From the UHGV virus genome UHGV-0122274: a stretch of 30,333 nt of DNA; one strand, given 5' to 3'. Shown here piece by piece: positions 11,249 to 22,295 of this stretch. The notes beneath the pieces are model-generated. The model was given only the letters and a program-made list of their open reading frames with translations. It did no database searches and had not been told where the DNA came from. Origin of the DNA: a virus. Numbering within the stretch: position 1 is the stretch's first letter; every line of letters starts with the position of its first letter. Position numbers and translations under genes: made by a program.

Positions 11249-12666
11249 TACTCAATCCTTATCTGGCAACCTGACAGGGTGACAGGTGACTGCGTGATAA
11301 CACGCAATTTGAAGCCGACATTTTTCCTGATGCGTCCTACTCGCTTCCACAAAACGCGTTTGTCGTAAACGAACGGTTCATTCTGCTCAATCATCTGCTC
11401 ACGCCCGTAATTGATGCCGTCAGTGGTTGCAGAGAGGAACAGGCGGTCAGCGTACTGCGCAACGCCAGTTGAAGATTCAACCTCAAGGTCGAACACCCGG
11501 GCGTTATCCGCTTTGAACAACGGAGTAAACAGCAGGTGTTCCTGCTGCTTGTCGTACTGGCTGCTGATATCGAACTGCAATTTCCCGGTCACGGATTCCA
11601 GCTTATCGCCGCACGTTATCTGATTGCCTTCGTAAATGAAGTCGATAGCGCGGTACACATCGTCATACAAGCCAGTTTTCAACACACACCATTGCGGACC
11701 ATTGGCGCTTGAAGATGCGTCGTACACCAGAACATGGCGCGGAAGATGGATAATCAGCAGTTCATGAACATCAAATCGCAGCGATTCCATTACACCATCA
11801 GCCAGTTCATCAGCAGTGTAGGAGCGGAGGGTTTTCTCAATGCTCGCGCTGGCGATTGGTGACGCCTGACCGGAACCGATGATGTACACAGACGGCGCAC
11901 CTGTTGCCGGATTGCTGATAAACGCATAGGAATCAGCAAACGGCGTTTTGCAGTAAGTACCGGCAATTCCTTTCTGCACCATCAGTGATGGCTGTGCGAC
12001 ATACAAAGCTGCACCAACGGTGGTTGCACCAGTCAGGGAGAAATATTCAATCGTCGATGAACCAAAGCAGACGATGAAGTCTCGCCATGTTCCGATGCCG
12101 ATGATGCCGTCAGGCTGAGACTCGGCACGATATTGTGCGCTGTAACGGTCAGGATGCGATTCGTCTTCAAGGTCAGTGATAAACCATGAATCGGTGCCGT
12201 CTTTTGACCACGCATAACGGCCACGTAAGCGTGTAATGTCACGAACTGAACCTAACTCGTACTGTGTGAATCCGCTGTCTGTAGGCCAGTTTGAGACGGT
12301 TTTAACCGTGCCATCATAACGATACTCGACCAGTTGACCATTAACGCCTACCGCCTGTGATGTTCGACCATGCGCCATTGATACGCGACCACTTCCGGCA
12401 ACATCACCAACCTCGCTTTCTCCTTTGTACAGTTTGCCACCACACACGCGATAAACAGCACTCTGCGCAATGTTGTACTCGACGCCGCGAGATACACCGT
12501 TCACATCAGAACGTTTGGCAATGCCCGGGAATGAGCGAAGATATCCGCTGCCGTTCAGGATTTCTTTGGGTGTAGCCAGCATATTCACTGGCAGATAGTC
12601 GATATAGTCGGCGTTTCGAAAGTCTTTGCCGACACCTTTCATAAGCGGAAGTTGCTGAATCGGCAT
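11248..12666 (-). CDS. Tail accessory / head completion protein, P22 gp10-like
   Basis: 472 aa (same length as P22 gp10), syntenic between gp4 and the needle. Confidence 0.8.
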   Translation of the reverse strand: MPIQQLPLMKGVGKDFRNADYIDYLPVNMLATPKEILNGSGYLRSFPGIAKRSDVNGVSRGVEYNIAQSAVYRVCGGKLYKGESEVGDVAGSGRVSMAHGRTSQAVGVNGQLVEYRYDGTVKTVSNWPTDSGFTQYELGSVRDITRLRGRYAWSKDGTDSWFITDLEDESHPDRYSAQYRAESQPDGIIGIGTWRDFIVCFGSSTIEYFSLTGATTVGAALYVAQPSLMVQKGIAGTYCKTPFADSYAFISNPATGAPSVYIIGSGQASPIASASIEKTLRSYTADELADGVMESLRFDVHELLIIHLPRHVLVYDASSSANGPQWCVLKTGLYDDVYRAIDFIYEGNQITCGDKLESVTGKLQFDISSQYDKQQEHLLFTPLFKADNARVFDLEVESSTGVAQYADRLFLSATTDGINYGREQMIEQNEPFVYDKRVLWKRVGRIRKNVGFKLRVITQSPVTLSGCQIRIE

Positions 12667-13166
12667 TATTCGCTCCTGTTATCGCAAGGTTCCTTTCGGT
12701 GGAAGTAATTCCAACCGTTCCACTTCGCCAACTGGTTACCGCTACCAACAGGCATACGGTTTGGATAACCGGACTTACATTTTGCGGCTTTTGCTCTGTC
12801 CATTGCAGACAGTTTGACGAGTCGCTCTTTCCCGTATCTGGCAGTGGTTATAAGTTTTGCAGACGCTTCCAGCGCATAATCCGGAGCAATGCGGCAGGCA
12901 AGGTTGAAAATGACGGCATTTATAGCGTTATTTGATAAGCCGTGCTCATCGCCCGGATCCGGAGCAACATCTGCATCAGCAAAAATGTAGCCAACGTTGA
13001 TACCAGGTGACGCATCACCGCCAAGCCATTCAGCCATCATCATTTCAAGGTCGTTGACGCCGTCTTCCATAGACTGCGGTTCGACATCGGTTAACGTGGC
13101 ATTTGATGCCACACCGAGCTTACGTAATGCCGCAAGAACTAAATCACCCTTCGTTGTCAGGTTCAT
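12666..13166 (-). CDS. Tail accessory protein, P22 gp4-like (166 aa from ATG at 13166)
   Basis: [33 protein letters not shown]... aligns with the P22 gp4 N-terminus. The longer ORF from 13259 has its AAGG abutting the ATG with no spacer, so the internal start was chosen. Confidence 0.75.
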   Translation of the reverse strand: MNLTTKGDLVLAALRKLGVASNATLTDVEPQSMEDGVNDLEMMMAEWLGGDASPGINVGYIFADADVAPDPGDEHGLSNNAINAVIFNLACRIAPDYALEASAKLITTARYGKERLVKLSAMDRAKAAKCKSGYPNRMPVGSGNQLAKWNGWNYFHRKEPCDNRSE

Positions 13167-13398
13167 CTGCTGCCGCCTTAGGTTTTCGACCAGGCTTTTT
13201 ACGCTGTTTTTCTTCTGGCTCTGGCTCTGACTCTGACTCTGACTCTGACTCTGCAACATCCTTCAGAAGGTCATCGGGATGTGCAAACCAGCCAGCATCC
13301 AGATATTCCTGAAGCTCTTCGGCTTTCACGATTTCAAAGTCGTATCCAACGCCTTTCCACTTCTTCATGTCTCCATGACGAAAGATCATGTGTGTCAT
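13144..13398 (-). CDS. Small hypothetical protein (84 aa) with acidic Ser-Glu repeat tail, between coat and gp4
   Basis: ATG at 13398 preceded by a GGAG RBS with about 6-nt spacing, directly after the coat terminator; the C-terminal tail [14 protein letters not shown] is encoded by the microsatellite. Confidence 0.55.
   Translation of the reverse strand: MTHMIFRHGDMKKWKGVGYDFEIVKAEELQEYLDAGWFAHPDDLLKDVAESESESESEPEPEEKQRKKPGRKPKAAADEPDNEG
13216..13251. repeat. In-frame hexanucleotide microsatellite (tggctc x2, tgactc x4 on + strand) inside overlapping coding frames
   Basis: Six tandem 6-nt units read directly; on the - strand they encode [12 protein letters not shown] in the 84-aa ORF and [12 protein letters not shown] in the upstream extension of the gp4 frame. 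Confidence 0.9.
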
Positions 13399-13412
13399 GC
13401 TTGTCTCCAGAT

Positions 13413-13435
13413 AAAAAAAGGGAGCCGAAGCTCCC
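13413..13435 (-). terminator. Intrinsic terminator (gggagc-TTCG-gctccc followed by U7) immediately downstream of the coat gene
   Basis: On the - strand, a 6-bp stem with TTCG tetraloop followed by TTTTTTT, a few nt after the coat stop (13444-13446); same architecture as the hairpin at 5609-5631. Confidence 0.55.
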
Positions 13436-13443
13436 TCTGGTTA

Positions 13444-14739
13444 TCACGCGGTCTGGTTAGGCAGACCAACACCAATTGCCTCTGGTCGTACAGCACATGC
13501 TGAATACCACACAGCAATACGGCACTTACCAGACAGAGTGTTGATATCACCCTGCGTTGCGAAGATGCCGTTAACACCAATACCAGGAATGCTGAAGGAA
13601 GACGTTTTCATGCCAGCAAACAGTTCATGGGTTACCGGGATCGGCTGAGACAGCAGGCGGATTGAGTCATCAGCCCAGAACACGTTAGCGGTGGTTGTTG
13701 CCACGTTCAGAACGTTTACCGGAGTGGTATCAGCAAGAGAGGTGTTTACGTTAGCGTAAGCCTTCTCTTCTTTTGTCAGTGACGCGTCATCCAGTGCAAT
13801 CGGCTTCGGCGTGATTTCGATGTGAGTACCATCGATCACACGGGTGATTGAGAAAGTCGCATCATCAGTTAGCACGTTCTTCGCCATCTGAGACAGGAAT
13901 TTCACACCAGTGAAACTGATTTTGTCGCCGCGCTTAAATCCGGTGGTGGAGGATACGGTCACCGTTGCAACACGGTTGTCGACGTTCTCTTTGTTACCAT
14001 CGGTATCAAGGGTGTATGCCTGCGGCTTAAACTTCTGCGCACCAGAAACAGTTACCCCAGTAGCGGTTGACTTGGTAACTGCCGGAAGTTTCGGTGAGCG
14101 AAGAATTTCATCAAAGCCAGCAATCTGACGCTGAATAGTACCGTTGCGATACGCTTCTTCAGGAACGCGACCGAAGATGTCACCATCTACCAGGTTGCGG
14201 CCTGCTTTGCGGTAATCGTCAGGGTTCAGGAAGTAACTGATGCCCATGTCGCGATTTAGCTCACGGGAGAACATCAGGCGCTCTGCATCAGACACAAAAT
14301 CCCATCCAGACAGACCAGTAGATGGACCAATTGCGCGGGTATCGTGAACAACAAGTGAGCCCATTTCAGTTGCCTGTTTGGCAATTGCTGACTCAATGTT
14401 ATTCGCCAGTTTTTTAGCGGATGCCTGGATGCGGCGACGGTAAGAACGCTCATCACGCAGGTCATCTGCACGAAGCTCGAAGAAATCGTTATCCGGATCG
14501 CCCATGTTGCATTTCACGGACAGTTCCAGAATACCGGTAGCGTTGCCAGTTAAATCCCAGCCAGTCTGAGTTGGCGCTTCCTGCTCAACAGGCATCCACA
14601 CGGTGTTGCTTGAACGTTGCATGGATTCTGCCGGAGGGGTGTATTTTGTCACTTTAGACGCCATTGGCGTCAGGTTCTGGACGGTTTCGATTATTTCATC
14701 CAGAGCATACGTGACCAGTTGACCTTCATTTAATGCCAT
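13444..14739 (-). CDS. Major coat (capsid) protein, P22 gp5-like
   Basis: 431 aa; [29 protein letters not shown]... closely matches P22 coat protein from memory; syntenic after scaffold. Confidence 0.9.
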   Translation of the reverse strand: MALNEGQLVTYALDEIIETVQNLTPMASKVTKYTPPAESMQRSSNTVWMPVEQEAPTQTGWDLTGNATGILELSVKCNMGDPDNDFFELRADDLRDERSYRRRIQASAKKLANNIESAIAKQATEMGSLVVHDTRAIGPSTGLSGWDFVSDAERLMFSRELNRDMGISYFLNPDDYRKAGRNLVDGDIFGRVPEEAYRNGTIQRQIAGFDEILRSPKLPAVTKSTATGVTVSGAQKFKPQAYTLDTDGNKENVDNRVATVTVSSTTGFKRGDKISFTGVKFLSQMAKNVLTDDATFSITRVIDGTHIEITPKPIALDDASLTKEEKAYANVNTSLADTTPVNVLNVATTTANVFWADDSIRLLSQPIPVTHELFAGMKTSSFSIPGIGVNGIFATQGDINTLSGKCRIAVWYSACAVRPEAIGVGLPNQTA

Positions 14740-15650
14740 TATCGAATTCCTTTATTCAGTTGCGCCTTGAGCTTGCGGTATGTCTCTACATCCCCTTTGT
14801 TTGCTGCCGCTTCCATCTGCTTTTCAATCGCAGAGATATTTGCAGCAACAGCGTGTCCCTGAATGGGTTCATCAGGTAACGGGGCTTCTGAAACAGGCTT
14901 GGCTCGAGGCTTGAGAGTTAAACGTTCTGACAGTCGAGTGAGTTCAATCAGCGCGGATTGCCCGTCCATCGCCAGCAACTGGCGTGTTTTCTCAGGATTA
15001 GCACCAAGGTGATACATGAGAGCAGCGGATTTCTCCGGGAAGAGGCGCATGATGTCGGCACCGACTGCTGGCGGCACCAGTTGCATGAATGCATCCTCTT
15101 TCTCCTGATAGTCAGAGATATTGAGCTTTTCCGCTGCGTCGTAGTGCTTACGGGCTGCCTCGACGTATTGCGCTGATTGCTGGGTGAACTCCTGAGTTTT
15201 GCGGCCCTGCTCGGCTACAGCCTGGCTTCGTGCGTCCATAGCCTTGATCTGCCATTCACTGTTTGCCTGCTGGAAGGCAGCCAGTGCGCGGCTCTGGTCA
15301 TAGTCGTACTTAGCCAGCGCATCTTCGGAAAGATAATCGTTAGGGTCTGGTTGTTTTGGTAACTCAGGGTTCACCCGCAGGTGCTCCGGCAACTCTCCAC
15401 GCTTAACCGCTTCCATCTGTTGCTCAAGCTCACGCTGGCGTTTGCGTTCGATGCGGCGACGGGCAAATTCAGCATTAGTTGCCGGGTCTTGTTTTGGTTT
15501 CTCATCGTCTTTCAGGACAATCTCGAAGCCTTCTTCCTGACCTGCGTTGTCGTTGGCATTATCGACAACTAAGCCATCAGCAGATGCCGCTGCATGATTG
15601 CCTGGCAGGGTTAATTCTTCAGAAGCCTGAATGTCGGTGGTTTGGTCCAT
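14739..15650 (-). CDS. Scaffolding protein, P22 gp8-like
   Basis: 303 aa (same as P22 gp8), highly charged alpha-helical sequence ...[10 protein letters not shown]...[26 protein letters not shown]...; between portal and coat. Confidence 0.85.
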   Translation of the reverse strand: MDQTTDIQASEELTLPGNHAAASADGLVVDNANDNAGQEEGFEIVLKDDEKPKQDPATNAEFARRRIERKRQRELEQQMEAVKRGELPEHLRVNPELPKQPDPNDYLSEDALAKYDYDQSRALAAFQQANSEWQIKAMDARSQAVAEQGRKTQEFTQQSAQYVEAARKHYDAAEKLNISDYQEKEDAFMQLVPPAVGADIMRLFPEKSAALMYHLGANPEKTRQLLAMDGQSALIELTRLSERLTLKPRAKPVSEAPLPDEPIQGHAVAANISAIEKQMEAAANKGDVETYRKLKAQLNKGIR

Positions 15651-15663
15651 GATTAACTCTCTC

Positions 15664-17829
15664 TTATTGAGGTGTCTCGGCTACTCCGCCGGAGGGGATT
15701 TGAACTTGACGCATAAGATTCGCGAAATCCATGCGTTGTGAATGAGTCTGGTCTGCATCTTTAAGAAGCAGCTCAGCGTTAGCACGAGCATCTTTGCTGC
15801 GCTGTTGCTGGAATTGACCTACGAGCTTGAGGTACTCACGCAGTTCTGACTGCTTGTCGAGGTCCATATTGTTGAAGATTTCTGCAATCTTCGCGGCGTT
15901 GAGTTGGTTTTGGGCTTCAACCTTGGCGGCTTCAACCTGAATCTGCGCCTGTTGGTTCTCTGCCTTGAGCAATTCAGCCTGACCTTGCAGAAGGATACCC
16001 TGCGCCTGAATTTGCTCTGCTGATGGCTGCTGCGGCTGTTGTTGTGCCTGCTGTACCATCTCCATCTCTTCAGGTGTTTCTGGTTTCTTCAGCCCCATCA
16101 TCACCAGTTGCTTGTTCGCGTACTCTCGCATCATCTCGACGCCTTTACCGTCAAGCAGCGTGAAGTATTGCAGCATCAGCATCTGGAACTCTGGAGTACC
16201 TTGCGGAACCTTGGTGAGTAACTCCTGAATCTCTGCGCGGTTCTGTTCCTTCATGCTCTGGAAGGATGGCCCAACGTCCGTATAGCACTCATAGCGACCA
16301 CGAATGTCGTTGAGTGTGACCACATTGCCGGACTGGTAATCGACAACTTGCGCATAGAGTTGAACGTCTTTTTCGCTTCCATCTTCAAGTGTCAGCGTTA
16401 CATGACGAGGAACGTCATAAATATCGTTGACCATTGAGGCATAAATCTCGCCATCACGTCGCATTGCGGTAGCCAGGTTATCCTGAAACACGTATGTCTC
16501 AAGGTCTGCCCGCATGTTCAGTTGATTGACGGTATCGAAAGCGACCTGAGAGTTTGCTGCCTGCGCATCCACGCCAAGACTAGCCACCTCTTTCACTGCG
16601 TTGGTGGCTGCCTCAAGCATGTAAGCGTTGGCTTGCGGCACTTCAGGGTTTTCCATGTAGGAGATTGGACCAATCGGCAGGTCGTTACCGTTTTCATCGG
16701 TCCTATTCTGCAGATAGTACGGATAGTCATCATTTCCACCGTACATGTATTCGTAGCCTTCGATTTGCTCAGGGAAGAAGGTCGGTTTCTTCTTCGGTGA
16801 ACGAGCAACAATATCGGCGTTGAATGACATGATCATGTTACGAAGGCGTTGACCGTCTTTCGTCAGCCTTACCACTCCTTCGTAGCACTCCTTGTCACCA
16901 GCGAATGACCATTCGCCATACACTGGAACGATTGGAATATGCTCTCCGGCTATCTTCTCGCGGTCTTTCAGTATCTGCGTGCAGGTGATGATCGACTTAT
17001 ACACACGCCGACGCTTCACCTTGCGCTCTGCTACCTTAATGAATCCACGATTAGCCAGGTCGTCGATGACGTCTTTGATATCCTGCTGGTAATAGCTGAC
17101 CGGCTCACCTGTCAGCGGGTCGCGGTAGATGAAGACCTTCTCTTTCTTCTCTTCTACCTCGTAATACTCAGCGACGTAGACGACATCATTCGATACCCAC
17201 GGAAACAGCCATGTATCGTTTGGATTCTGGAAAGATGGCAGCGTGTCAGGATCAATACCGTAATCCTCTGCGAACTCTTTCCATCCATTGCGCGACAAGG
17301 CGTTAATCACCGTGCAGTGCTTAGCGTCGCTCTTATCCATCTGCTTGCTGTTGGCGTCCCATATGACGTGTGAGCAGGCTTCATGGATTGGCAGGCGTCG
17401 GATTACCTGATTGTTGCTTGTTGGATCGTTGTCTTCGTACTGCGTGACCAGACGCCATGCACCAACGCCGGACTCTATCTGCTCACGAACGCCAACGTTA
17501 ACGGCAATTTTTGCCGTGTTATGGCGCATATCAGTACGATACATCCCCATCAACACATCGGCTGCATCAGGATTAGCACCGTCTTTTGGTCGGAAGAGAA
17601 CGTCGATAGGGTTCCGGCGCATCTCTGCGACCAACTTCCTGACCACCGGGCGGACAACATCGAATTGTCCGCGATATTGCAGGGTGGTGTAGTTTGATAG
17701 CCAGTCATCCCATTGCGACACTCGGCTAAAATACAGGTCATTTGTCGCCTCGGTTCTGGCTTCATCGCTCGCCATCCAGTCTGCGTCAAACTTACACAGA
17801 ATGGAATTGAGTCTGTTTTCGTCGGCCAT
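15664..17829 (-). CDS. Portal protein, P22 gp1-like
   Basis: 721 aa; strong match to the P22 portal throughout (e.g. ...[11 protein letters not shown]...[16 protein letters not shown]...), C-terminal Gln-rich barrel region. Confidence 0.9.
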   Translation of the reverse strand: MADENRLNSILCKFDADWMASDEARTEATNDLYFSRVSQWDDWLSNYTTLQYRGQFDVVRPVVRKLVAEMRRNPIDVLFRPKDGANPDAADVLMGMYRTDMRHNTAKIAVNVGVREQIESGVGAWRLVTQYEDNDPTSNNQVIRRLPIHEACSHVIWDANSKQMDKSDAKHCTVINALSRNGWKEFAEDYGIDPDTLPSFQNPNDTWLFPWVSNDVVYVAEYYEVEEKKEKVFIYRDPLTGEPVSYYQQDIKDVIDDLANRGFIKVAERKVKRRRVYKSIITCTQILKDREKIAGEHIPIVPVYGEWSFAGDKECYEGVVRLTKDGQRLRNMIMSFNADIVARSPKKKPTFFPEQIEGYEYMYGGNDDYPYYLQNRTDENGNDLPIGPISYMENPEVPQANAYMLEAATNAVKEVASLGVDAQAANSQVAFDTVNQLNMRADLETYVFQDNLATAMRRDGEIYASMVNDIYDVPRHVTLTLEDGSEKDVQLYAQVVDYQSGNVVTLNDIRGRYECYTDVGPSFQSMKEQNRAEIQELLTKVPQGTPEFQMLMLQYFTLLDGKGVEMMREYANKQLVMMGLKKPETPEEMEMVQQAQQQPQQPSAEQIQAQGILLQGQAELLKAENQQAQIQVEAAKVEAQNQLNAAKIAEIFNNMDLDKQSELREYLKLVGQFQQQRSKDARANAELLLKDADQTHSQRMDFANLMRQVQIPSGGVAETPQ

Positions 17830-19329
17830 TTAAGTTCTCCGTGCGATGGGCCTGATTGGGGCTGGTATCTTTTTCTCTTTTGGCTTTTTGATGTCGCGCA
17901 TCATTTTTGCGAAGCGGCGCATCATGTATGCATAGCGAACGGCGGATAGCACGTCGTCGTTAAGCTTGACGATTTTCCCGTTTTCATCACGGTGATAGAG
18001 GCGGAACTCCTCAAAGAATGGCTCACAGGTGTTGAATACTTTGAAGCGACCGTCGAGCATCATGTCTCGCAATTCAGTGATGCCAGGCTCAACAGCGTTA
18101 CCGCCATCAGGCCATGTCGCATGCTCCTGCAACATCATAAAACCAGCATCTGCATACTGCCCTTTGAGCTGCTCACCGCCGCCCTTCTCGTGCTGGTTTC
18201 CGTCATGAGGCCATGCTGTTGGCACTTTATGCGCCCATGATTTAACAGCTCCCCATGCCTGAACGGCTGTTTTTTCTTTCGCCTTCCACACGCGTGAAAC
18301 GTAGATTGTGTCTGCGTCCTTATCCCACCAAAGCTGAACCTGCGCCTGCGGGTGATCCCATCCGAAATCCATCCCGCCAATTACGTAGAAGTGATCAGGA
18401 CACTCGAACGGCTGACACTTAATCGTCTCTTCCGGTATCTGGAAGATTCGCCCGCTACCCATCGTAGGAATACCGCGAGCACGCGCCTCTCTCTCATGCT
18501 CGGGATAGGATGCGATGATTTGCTCTTTCTGTTCGTCTGTGTAGTGCTCAGCGTCATAGATGGTCATGTTGACCACTTTCTGCGACTTGCTGGGATTCTT
18601 CAGGAACTTGGTAACAACGTCAGACATCCCCATCAGCGGGGTAAACGTCAGAATTGAGAATTGCCCGTATTTGTTGGTACGGGTAAGCCCTTCGCCATAA
18701 ATGCTGTATGGTGGCTCTTCGTCAAACCACACGCCGTGGATTGTGTCACCCTGCCAGCGAGCGCGGCCTTGCGAGTATGGTTTGAAGTAGCAGATTGAAA
18801 TGCCATCTTCAACGCCATCAGCCGTGTGATGCTTAACCAGAAGATGATCAACAAGGTTCGGAAAGAAAGGAGACTTCTTCCAGCTAATGATGTCCTCTTT
18901 CGGTATGGAACCGTAGCCCGGCTCATCATTCTCTTCAATACGACCGCACAGGATGCGTTGAGTCGTTTTGGTTACCGTCTCGTTTGTCTCGCCGCCAATC
19001 CAGAAGACAACAGGCTCATAGAAACGCTTCCCCTTCCACTCACCGCCATATTTACCATCAGCAGGATAGCCTTTTGTGCCCGGATAACGCCCTGTAAGGT
19101 GAAACGCGACTTCAGCAGCACCAGTAAATGACTTACCAAGCTGGTTACCAGCCATAAAACATCGCTCTGGATAGTCATGCCCGGCGTCGATGAACTCACG
19201 CTGTTTGCTGTATGGCGTAAATTCATATAGCAGGTGTGTGTTCCGGTAGTTCTCTTCTTCTTCGAGTAGCTCGAGCAATTCGATTTGCTCTTCATCGCTC
19301 AGGTTATCAAGAATCGCGTCCAGTTCCAC
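17830..19329 (-). CDS. Terminase large subunit, P22 gp2-like
   Basis: 499 aa (same as P22 gp2), [37 protein letters not shown]..., ATPase motif region GNQLGKSF; overlaps the terS 3' end. Confidence 0.9.
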   Translation of the reverse strand: MELDAILDNLSDEEQIELLELLEEEENYRNTHLLYEFTPYSKQREFIDAGHDYPERCFMAGNQLGKSFTGAAEVAFHLTGRYPGTKGYPADGKYGGEWKGKRFYEPVVFWIGGETNETVTKTTQRILCGRIEENDEPGYGSIPKEDIISWKKSPFFPNLVDHLLVKHHTADGVEDGISICYFKPYSQGRARWQGDTIHGVWFDEEPPYSIYGEGLTRTNKYGQFSILTFTPLMGMSDVVTKFLKNPSKSQKVVNMTIYDAEHYTDEQKEQIIASYPEHEREARARGIPTMGSGRIFQIPEETIKCQPFECPDHFYVIGGMDFGWDHPQAQVQLWWDKDADTIYVSRVWKAKEKTAVQAWGAVKSWAHKVPTAWPHDGNQHEKGGGEQLKGQYADAGFMMLQEHATWPDGGNAVEPGITELRDMMLDGRFKVFNTCEPFFEEFRLYHRDENGKIVKLNDDVLSAVRYAYMMRRFAKMMRDIKKPKEKKIPAPIRPIARRT

Positions 19330-19795
19330 GGTTGAATAGCTCCTTGATACGAGAGCGCCGCTTATCGCGATCTCCCTTATCAGGTGTCACGTCTTCAACT
19401 TGCGACTGCTCTTTGAGGCCCAAATCACGGGCGATAATGTTAGCGTTGAGAAGGTCAGCGGCTGCGCCAGAGAATTTCTGGTCGTAGATGACCTGCTCTG
19501 CTCGCGTAACGACTTCAGATAAATCTTCTCTCAGGCGATATGTGCGCCATGTTTCAAGCGTCACATCAATGAACAGAGTGAGACCTGTAATAGTCATCGC
19601 TCGCATCTTGGCGATAGGCTCTTGTATCACTTCACCCTGATACGAGAACGCCTTCATCTCCCATAGCGGGTTAGCTTCTACCCACTCGAAGTATTCACAA
19701 CAAGCAGCCCACAGCGCCTCAGGCGATTCGAATTTAGGGTTTCGCCCATGACTACTGCGGGCCTCCCAAAATCGGTTGCCCTTTGGTGCTGCCAT
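19307..19795 (-). CDS. Terminase small subunit, P22 gp3-like
   Basis: 162 aa; [50 protein letters not shown]... matches P22 gp3 from memory. Confidence 0.85.
   Translation of the reverse strand: MAAPKGNRFWEARSSHGRNPKFESPEALWAACCEYFEWVEANPLWEMKAFSYQGEVIQEPIAKMRAMTITGLTLFIDVTLETWRTYRLREDLSEVVTRAEQVIYDQKFSGAAADLLNANIIARDLGLKEQSQVEDVTPDKGDRDKRRSRIKELFNRGTGRDS
19501..19528 (-). other. Candidate pac (headful packaging initiation) site inside terS
   Basis: The - strand sequence GAAGATTTATCTGAAGTCGTTACGCGAG, encoding EDLSEVVTR of terS, matches the P22 pac sequence as I recall it; in P22 pac lies inside gene 3. Confidence 0.45.
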
Positions 19796-19830
19796 ATTTA
19801 TCTCACTTAGTTGTTATTTCAGGTTGAGCA

Positions 19831-20073
19831 TCATGCTCCGGTAGTGAACAGGTCTAACGCTTCCTTCGATTTACGCACCGCTTCGATAGTGCGGGTCGTG
19901 ATATCTGAATTAGCGCCGCCTGACTGGAAGTGAATTTTGAATAGCTCAAGCTTCAGTTCGTCAGTGCCAATAAACTGAAATGCTTCCTCTGCGGCTGCGT
20001 TCTGGTTCATGACCAGTTTGTAAATCTCTAACTGGAATTTCTGTTCTTCAGTCATGGGAATAATCTCTGCCAT
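19831..20073 (-). CDS. Hypothetical protein (80 aa) immediately upstream of terS
   Basis: ATG at 20073 preceded by a GGAG RBS; no family recognised by eye. Confidence 0.55.
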   Translation of the reverse strand: MAEIIPMTEEQKFQLEIYKLVMNQNAAAEEAFQFIGTDELKLELFKIHFQSGGANSDITTRTIEAVRKSKEALDLFTTGA

Positions 20074-20376
20074 TGTTGGCTCCGTTTATCCGTTAAAAGG
20101 GATATCAGTTAAGTTATCCCGTGTAGGGTATAAGCCATTGTCGAGACCACTCATTGAATGGCCTCTGCAATAACCGATGTCTTTCCATCAGTCCGCCACC
20201 ACAAAGAATCTTTTTTGCCATAAGGCAGGAGGTTCATCTTTCAGTGGCTGCCAGTGTTATTTCCCCACTTACTGGCTTGGGTTGTATCGCTGTACTGCCG
20301 TTAATTAGTGACCAGAAATTAACTCCGGTTTCATTATCAAGCCAACCCGTAGATAGGCTTTGTAATGCCTACATGG

Positions 20377-20856
20377 TTAAATGATTTGCCAGTCTTCAGC
20401 CATCAGGTCGCCAATGGATGGAACCCATGTAGCAAGGAGGTTCTGTGAGTTTTTCAATACAAGCGTGTCATTGAAAGTTGGCTCGCCAACATATTCGCCA
20501 AAGCCATAACCCAACGCAGACGCTAATTTTTCCCCTTTCACGAGATAAACAAACTGGTCTTTCCCATTCCATCCTGCCCGCTGCAAACTTTTGCCCTGTT
20601 TTAACGCTTCCATGGCAAGGCCGAAACTTAGTCCTGATACCGGACGATAAGCCTTTTCGAATACTTCTTTTGGACTCCAGCTAACGTAGCCATCAAAGCG
20701 ATCGGTGTTAGGTTTTCCGCCATCCAGATATTCAACCAGATAGCCTTCGTCCTCGCCGTTTTCTCCGACAGGAAGCTGCCAGCCACGAAAATCGTTATAT
20801 GCCTGTCTCGTCATCGGAAAGGCGTTAATCAGTTTTACGCCAATATGCTGGGTCAT
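20377..20856 (-). CDS. Hypothetical protein (159 aa) downstream of Rz; accessory/moron-position gene
   Basis: Clean ORF in the late-strand orientation directly after a hairpin plus U-tract; C-terminal half carries an ALKQGKSLQRAGWNGKDQFVYLV-type motif reminiscent of small phage DUF-type proteins (unverified). Confidence 0.6.
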   Translation of the reverse strand: MTQHIGVKLINAFPMTRQAYNDFRGWQLPVGENGEDEGYLVEYLDGGKPNTDRFDGYVSWSPKEVFEKAYRPVSGLSFGLAMEALKQGKSLQRAGWNGKDQFVYLVKGEKLASALGYGFGEYVGEPTFNDTLVLKNSQNLLATWVPSIGDLMAEDWQII

Positions 20857-20880
20857 AAAATTACCTATGGAGTTGGGAAT

Positions 20881-20902
20881 AAAAAACCCCGCGAATGCGA
20901 GG
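20881..20902 (-). terminator. Terminator-like hairpin (6-bp stem with one G-U, ATTC loop, U6 tail) between Rz and the 159-aa ORF
   Basis: - strand cctcgc-attc-gcgggg followed by tttttt, about 175 nt after the Rz stop and about 25 nt before the 159-aa ORF start. Confidence 0.4.
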
Positions 20903-21077
20903 CTAAATCCTGGTGTTTGTAATGACTGGCTCTTATCTCAACGCAGCCCCTTACCGCGCGCCAGATGCTCAACTTCAAGCATCAGCAATGAGATGTTTAA
21001 TCTGGATTTACTCCAGAAGTGATCACCACCCTGTCTACAGAGCCAGATGTGAAGGATGATGAGTAAAATTATCGCTA

Positions 21078-21515
21078 TCATCGAAGGCATTGCGTCCTGA
21101 TGTACTCCTGCAGGTAGTTAACCTGCGCGGTTATCCTGTCGATTCCGCTTCGGAGACGGTAATAATTGAGTTCAGCATCTGCTGTAAGTCTTGGGCTTTC
21201 TCCATCGCCCATGCTGCTGGCTCCGGTCGTTGACTTTGCACAGGTGGCGGCGACTTGCAGGCGCTTACGACCAGCAGAAACATCAGCACGGAGACTTTCG
21301 ATAGTCGCGTTAGCATCAGCAAGCTCCTTTGTGTATCTGGCGTCAAGTTCTGCTACATCACGTTGACGCTTCTGCATGTCAGCGATTGTGGATGCGGCCT
21401 TATCGCGCTGCTCTTTGTAGGTGATGGCGTTATCACGGTAATGATTAACAGCCCATAACAGGCAGACGATGATGCAGATAATCAGAGCGGAGATAATCGC
21501 GGTTACTCTGCTCAT
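21078..21515 (-). CDS. Rz: Rz spanin, inner-membrane subunit (i-spanin)
   Basis: N-terminal [34 protein letters not shown] matches lambda Rz, then diverges; contains the embedded +1 frame Rz1; follows R. Confidence 0.8.
   Translation of the reverse strand: MSRVTAIISALIICIIVCLLWAVNHYRDNAITYKEQRDKAASTIADMQKRQRDVAELDARYTKELADANATIESLRADVSAGRKRLQVAATCAKSTTGASSMGDGESPRLTADAELNYYRLRSGIDRITAQVNYLQEYIRTQCLR
21131..21316 (-). CDS. Rz1: Rz1 spanin, outer-membrane lipoprotein subunit (o-spanin), embedded in Rz
   Basis: Embedded ORF with signal peptide [20 protein letters not shown] (lipobox VSAC) followed by a proline-rich mature region [13 protein letters not shown]; start chosen at the internal Met. 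Confidence 0.65.
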   Translation of the reverse strand: MLTRLSKVSVLMFLLVVSACKSPPPVQSQRPEPAAWAMEKAQDLQQMLNSIITVSEAESTG

Positions 21516-21988
21516 ACCTCAATCTCTCTGACCGTTCCGCCTGCTTCTTTGAATTTTGCAATCAGGCTGTCAGCCTTATGCTCGAACTGACCATAACCAG
21601 CGCCCGGCAGTGAAGCCCAGATATTGCTGCAACGATCGATAGCCTGACAGATATCACCGCGATCAATCATCGGTAAAGCGCCACGCTCTTTAATCTGTTG
21701 CAGTGCCACAGCGTCCTGGCTTTTCGGAGAGAAGTCTTTCAGGCCAAGCTGCTTACGATAGGCATCCCACCAACGGGAAAGAAGCTGGTAGCGTCCGGCG
21801 GCTGTTGATTTGAGTTTGGGGTTTAGCGTGACAAGTTTGCGAGGGTGATCGGAGTAATCAGTGAATAGCTCTCCGCCAACAATGACGTCATAACCATGAT
21901 TTCTGGTTTTCTGACGTCCGTTATCAGTTCCCTCTGACCACGCCAGCATATCGAGGAACGCCTTACGTTGATTATTGATTTCCACCAT
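21512..21988 (-). CDS. R: Endolysin R (lytic transglycosylase), lambda-type
   Basis: 158 aa, [51 protein letters not shown]... essentially lambda R from memory. Confidence 0.9.
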   Translation of the reverse strand: MVEINNQRKAFLDMLAWSEGTDNGRQKTRNHGYDVIVGGELFTDYSDHPRKLVTLNPKLKSTAAGRYQLLSRWWDAYRKQLGLKDFSPKSQDAVALQQIKERGALPMIDRGDICQAIDRCSNIWASLPGAGYGQFEHKADSLIAKFKEAGGTVREIEV

Positions 21989-22295
21989 CTTCTACTCCGG
22001 CTTTTTTAGCAGCGAAGCGTTTGATAAGCGAACCTATCGAGTCAGTACCGATGTAGCCGATGAACACGCTCGTTATATAAGCGAGATTGCTACTTAGTCC
22101 GGCGAAGTCGAGAAGGTCACGAATGAACCAGGCGATAATGGCGCACATCGTTGCGTCGATTACTGTTTTTGTAAACGCACCGCCATTATATCTGCCGCGA
22201 AGGTACGCCATTGCAAACGCAAGGATTGCCCCGATGCCTTGTTCCTTTGCCGCGAGAATGGCGGCTAACAGGTCATGTTTTTCTGGCATCTTCAT
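21972..22295 (-). CDS. S: Holin S (class I, dual-start S107/S105), lambda-type
   Basis: 107 aa starting [39 protein letters not shown]...; Met1-Lys2-Met3 dual-start motif; matches lambda S from memory. Confidence 0.9.
   Translation of the reverse strand: MKMPEKHDLLAAILAAKEQGIGAILAFAMAYLRGRYNGGAFTKTVIDATMCAIIAWFIRDLLDFAGLSSNLAYITSVFIGYIGTDSIGSLIKRFAAKKAGVEDGGNQ

Noticed and set aside
13167-13259. N-terminal extension of gp4 starting at ATG 13259 (MLQSQSQSQ...)
   Set aside because: The only Shine-Dalgarno-like element (AAGG) abuts the ATG with no spacer, and P22 gp4 aligns from the internal Met at 13166. The extension is kept only as a possibility in the microsatellite finding.
21131-21346. 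Full 71-aa ORF as the Rz1 gene
   Set aside because: The first 10 codons lack signal-peptide character; the internal Met gives a canonical lipoprotein signal peptide and a size close to lambda Rz1, so the shorter form was annotated.
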